Of a stretch of DNA of 64,000 nt, positions 61,179 through 64,000 are shown in pieces (positions within the stretch are counted from its first letter, which is position 1; each line of letters opens with the position of its first letter). Below the pieces are notes generated by a model. That model worked only from the letters and a program-made list of their open reading frames with translations. It was not told the DNA's origin and did no database searches. This DNA is from Terriglobales bacterium (GTDB lineage: Bacteria; Acidobacteriota; Terriglobia; Terriglobales; Acidobacteriaceae), in the NCBI GenBank assembly GCA_051006995.1, contig JBPCSQ010000022.1:8047-72046 (forward strand). Direction: 5' to 3'. The position numbers were made by a program, and so were the translations under genes.

Positions 61179-64000
61179 ATGATGCGCCGCCTGCTCATGT
61201 GTCTGCTGCTTGTTTCGACCGCTGTTCCACTCGCAGCCCAGCAGTTTGATCCATCCGTATTCTCTGACATGCGTTGGCGCCTGATCGGGCCCTTTCGCGC
61301 CGGACGTACCGTCGCGGCGACCGGAATTCCCGGACACCAAAACGTCTTCTACATGGCCGCCAACAACGGAGGCGCATGGAAGAGCGACGACTACGGCCGC
61401 ACCTGGACTCCGATATTCGATGGCCAAAGCACGCAATCGGTGGGTGCGCTGGCGGTCGCGCCCACCAATCCGAACATCATTTACATCGGCAGCGGCGAAG
61501 GCTTGCAGCGGCCCGACCTCTCGGTGGGCAACGGGATTTACAAGTCCACCGATGGCGGCAAGACCTGGGAGCACCTCGGGCTGCGCGATGGCCAGCAGAT
61601 ACCAGTGGTGCTGGTGGACCCGCGCAATCCGGAGCGAGTATTCGCGGCCGTGCTCGGTCATCCTTATGGGCCGAATCCGGAGCGCGGCGTATTCCGTTCG
61701 ACCGACGGCGGCAAAACCTGGAAAAAGGTCTTCTACAAGGACGAGAACACCGGTGCTGTCGAACTCGCGTTCGACCCGAAGAATCCTGAGATTCTCTATG
61801 CCGTGCTGTTTGCCGGGCGTCGTCCACCATGGACGACCGGCGGCACAATCCTCGGTGCGGGCAGCGGGCTATTCAAGTCCACCGACGCCGGCGATACCTG
61901 GCAGCCGCTGACGCGTGGTCTGCCAACATGGACGGAAAAACTCGGTCGCATCGGGCTGGGACTCGCGCCCAGTGATTCCAACCGCATTTATGCGCTGGTG
62001 CAGGCCGAACGCCAACACGGCGGGATCTATCGCTCCGACGATGCCGGTCAGAGTTGGACGCGTGTCAACGACGAGAACCGTATCTGGGGCCGGGGTGACG
62101 ACTTCGCCGAAGTGAAGGTGGATCCGCGCAATCCCGACACGGTGTACGTGGCGAATACCACGACGTACAAGTCCACCGATGGCGGACACAATTTCACCGC
62201 CATCAAGGGCGCGCCTGGCGGTGACGATTACCACCGCATCTGGATCAATCCGGAAAATCCCGACATCATCCTGCTGGGCGCGGACCAGGGCGCCACGCTG
62301 AGCGTGAACGGCGGCCGCACCTGGAGCAGTTGGTACAACCAGCCGACGGCGCAGTTCTACCACGTGATCACTGACAACCAATTTCCGTATTGGGTGTACG
62401 GCGGCCAGCAGGAGAGCGGCTCCATCGGCATCGCCAGCCGCAGCGACTACGGCGAGATCACCTTCCGCGACTGGCACACCGTCGGCATCGAGGAGTACGG
62501 CTATGCCGCGCCCGATCCCCTCGATCCCAACATCATTTACGGCGGCAAGGCAAGCCGCTACGACTCGCGTACGACGCAGGCCCAGGATGTCTCACCTGTG
62601 ATCGTCCGAACGGGGAAGTACCGCTTCAACCGCACCGCGCCGCTGATCTTTTCTCCCGTGGACAAGCGCGTGCTGTATCTGGGATCGAACGTGCTGTTCA
62701 AAACCACCAACGGCGGGCAGAACTGGCACATCATCAGCCCGGACCTGACGCGGGACCATCCGGGCGTGCCGGCGAACCTGGGCAATTTCGCCGCCGGCGA
62801 CAAGAGCGAGCATCGTGGCGTCATCTACAGCATTGGCCCGTCGCCGAAAGACGGCACCGTCATCTGGGCGGGCACCGACGATGGGCTGGTGCACCGCACG
62901 GCCGACGGCGGCAAGACGTGGCAGAACGTCACCCCTCCGGAGCTGACCCCGTGGAGCAAAGTGGCGCAGATTGATGTCGGCCATTTCGACGCCAACACTT
63001 GCTACATCGCCGTCAATCGTCTTCGCCTCGACGACCTGCACCCGTACGCCTACCGCACCCACGACGGGGGCGATACCTGGACCAGGATTGTGAGCGGGCT
63101 GCCGGATTCGCCGGTGAATGCCGTCCGCGAGGATCCCGAGCGCAAGGGCCTGCTGTTTGCCGCTACCGAGACGGGAGTTTCGGTCTCCTTCGACGACGGC
63201 GATCACTGGCAGTCGCTGCAGCAGAACCTTCCCGCGTCGTCCGTGCGCGACCTGGTAGTGCACGGCGATGATCTCGTAGTCGGCACGCACGGGAGATCTT
63301 TCTGGATTCTTGACGACATCACTCCGCTGCGGCAGCTCAGCGAGAAGGCCGTGGCAGCGCCGGCTGTGCTGTTTCGTCCGCAGCTCGCGTATCGCGTGCG
63401 GCGCAGCACCAACACCGACACGCCGCTTCCGCCGGAGGAGCCTGCCGGGCAAAATCCGCCCGATGGCGCCATCATCAACTACTGGTTGAAGAGCGACGGC
63501 GGTCGCGCCGTGCTCGAGATTCTGGACAGCACCGGCAATCTGGTGCGCAGCTTCGCCAGCACCGACCGCCCGACGGCCGTTGACCCGAAGGAGTTGAACG
63601 TCCCTTCGTACTGGATTCGGCAGCCGCGTGTACTTGCAGCGAGTGCCGGCATGCATCGCTGGATCTGGGACTTGCATTATCCAGCGCCGGCGGCCCTCCA
63701 TACCGAGCCGCCAATTTCCGCGATTCCGCACGACACCCCAATTGGTCCGCAGGGTCCGCGGGCGCTGCCGGGTCAATATACGGTGCGCCTGACTGTCGGC
63801 GGCACCACGTATTTGCAGCCGCTCACTGTGAAGATGGACCCACGCGTCAGCACGCCGGCGGCTGCCCTGGGACAGCAGTTCTACACCGAGACCAAGATCG
63901 CCGAAGCGTTGCGCGACGACTATGACGCGTTAAAGCAGGTGAAGTCGGTGCGCTCCCAACTGAAGGACCTACTCGCGCGAAACGGCCAAGCGCCCGTCTC
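61179..64000 (+). CDS. Large exported BNR/Asp-box repeat protein (sortilin/VPS10-like beta-propeller), 3' end outside window
   Basis: I read it directly from the sequence: MMRRLLMCLLLVSTAVPLAAQQ..., with repeated S/TxDGGxTW boxes (KSTDGGKTW, RSTDGGKTW, KSTDAGDTW, RSDDAGQSW, TADGGKTW, THDGGDTW). It is absent from the ORF track because no stop occurs before the window end. Confidence 0.75.
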   Translation, partial: MMRRLLMCLLLVSTAVPLAAQQFDPSVFSDMRWRLIGPFRAGRTVAATGIPGHQNVFYMAANNGGAWKSDDYGRTWTPIFDGQSTQSVGALAVAPTNPNIIYIGSGEGLQRPDLSVGNGIYKSTDGGKTWEHLGLRDGQQIPVVLVDPRNPERVFAAVLGHPYGPNPERGVFRSTDGGKTWKKVFYKDENTGAVELAFDPKNPEILYAVLFAGRRPPWTTGGTILGAGSGLFKSTDAGDTWQPLTRGLPTWTEKLGRIGLGLAPSDSNRIYALVQAERQHGGIYRSDDAGQSWTRVNDENRIWGRGDDFAEVKVDPRNPDTVYVANTTTYKSTDGGHNFTAIKGAPGGDDYHRIWINPENPDIILLGADQGATLSVNGGRTWSSWYNQPTAQFYHVITDNQFPYWVYGGQQESGSIGIASRSDYGEITFRDWHTVGIEEYGYAAPDPLDPNIIYGGKASRYDSRTTQAQDVSPVIVRTGKYRFNRTAPLIFSPVDKRVLYLGSNVLFKTTNGGQNWHIISPDLTRDHPGVPANLGNFAAGDKSEHRGVIYSIGPSPKDGTVIWAGTDDGLVHRTADGGKTWQNVTPPELTPWSKVAQIDVGHFDANTCYIAVNRLRLDDLHPYAYRTHDGGDTWTRIVSGLPDSPVNAVREDPERKGLLFAATETGVSVSFDDGDHWQSLQQNLPASSVRDLVVHGDDLVVGTHGRSFWILDDITPLRQLSEKAVAAPAVLFRPQLAYRVRRSTNTDTPLPPEEPAGQNPPDGAIINYWLKSDGGRAVLEILDSTGNLVRSFASTDRPTAVDPKELNVPSYWIRQPRVLAASAGMHRWIWDLHYPAPAALHTEPPISAIPHDTPIGPQGPRALPGQYTVRLTVGGTTYLQPLTVKMDPRVSTPAAALGQQFYTETKIAEALRDDYDALKQVKSVRSQLKDLLARNGQAPV

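Noticed and set aside
62592-63776. 394-aa ORF on the - strand (and other ORFs from 61131 to 63776)
   Set aside because: It is antisense or out of frame relative to the BNR-repeat gene, whose Asp-box repeats identify the true frame.

Overview
This is a GC-rich bacterial chromosomal segment. It most likely comes from an Acidobacteriota (Terriglobia-like) genome. That is an inference from an ADOP-type duplicated FtsX permease behind a PadR gene, a large exported BNR/Asp-box protein, many TPR lipoproteins and a hopanoid locus. I call about 58 protein genes, 2 tRNAs (Val-TAC, Asp-GTC) and one gene relic (phoU). I see no rRNA, no CRISPR, and no transposase, integrase or phage genes. Most long ORFs in the track that lie antisense to these genes are high-GC shadow ORFs.

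The centrepiece is a 12-gene co-directional hopanoid locus at 9.6-21.4 kb: ispH, shc, hpnH, an unknown ORF, hpnA, hpnG, two Zn-dependent polyol-type dehydrogenases, then hpnC, hpnD and hpnE. A convergent operon follows it, made of an hpnJ-like radical SAM gene and two half-size EamA transporter genes.

Other content:
- 2-oxoacid:ferredoxin oxidoreductase (korAB).
- A split MacA / MacB-permease / TolC locus that carries a GT-C glycosyltransferase and a TPR protein but no ATPase.
- queF, a Spinster-like MFS gene coupled to a GT2 gene, and a STAS/RsbW partner-switching pair.
- thrC, alaX and an orphan LytS-type kinase.
- bshA followed by a Het-C/PLC-like secreted protein.
- phoB/phoR-like genes followed by the phoU relic.
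- A padR - ADOP permease - adaptor - ATPase operon.
- An Omp85-TamB pair.

The most interesting leads:
1. The two dehydrogenases embedded in the hopanoid side-chain operon, as candidates for the unassigned ribosylhopane-to-bacteriohopanetetrol reductase.
2. The hpnJ plus paired half-transporter operon.
3. The unusual efflux loci and their candidate TGTACA operators.
4. A family of intergenic word repeats (AGGCGCAAGGC / AGGCTTCAG).

All functional calls come from reading the translated ORFs for motifs. No database search was run.
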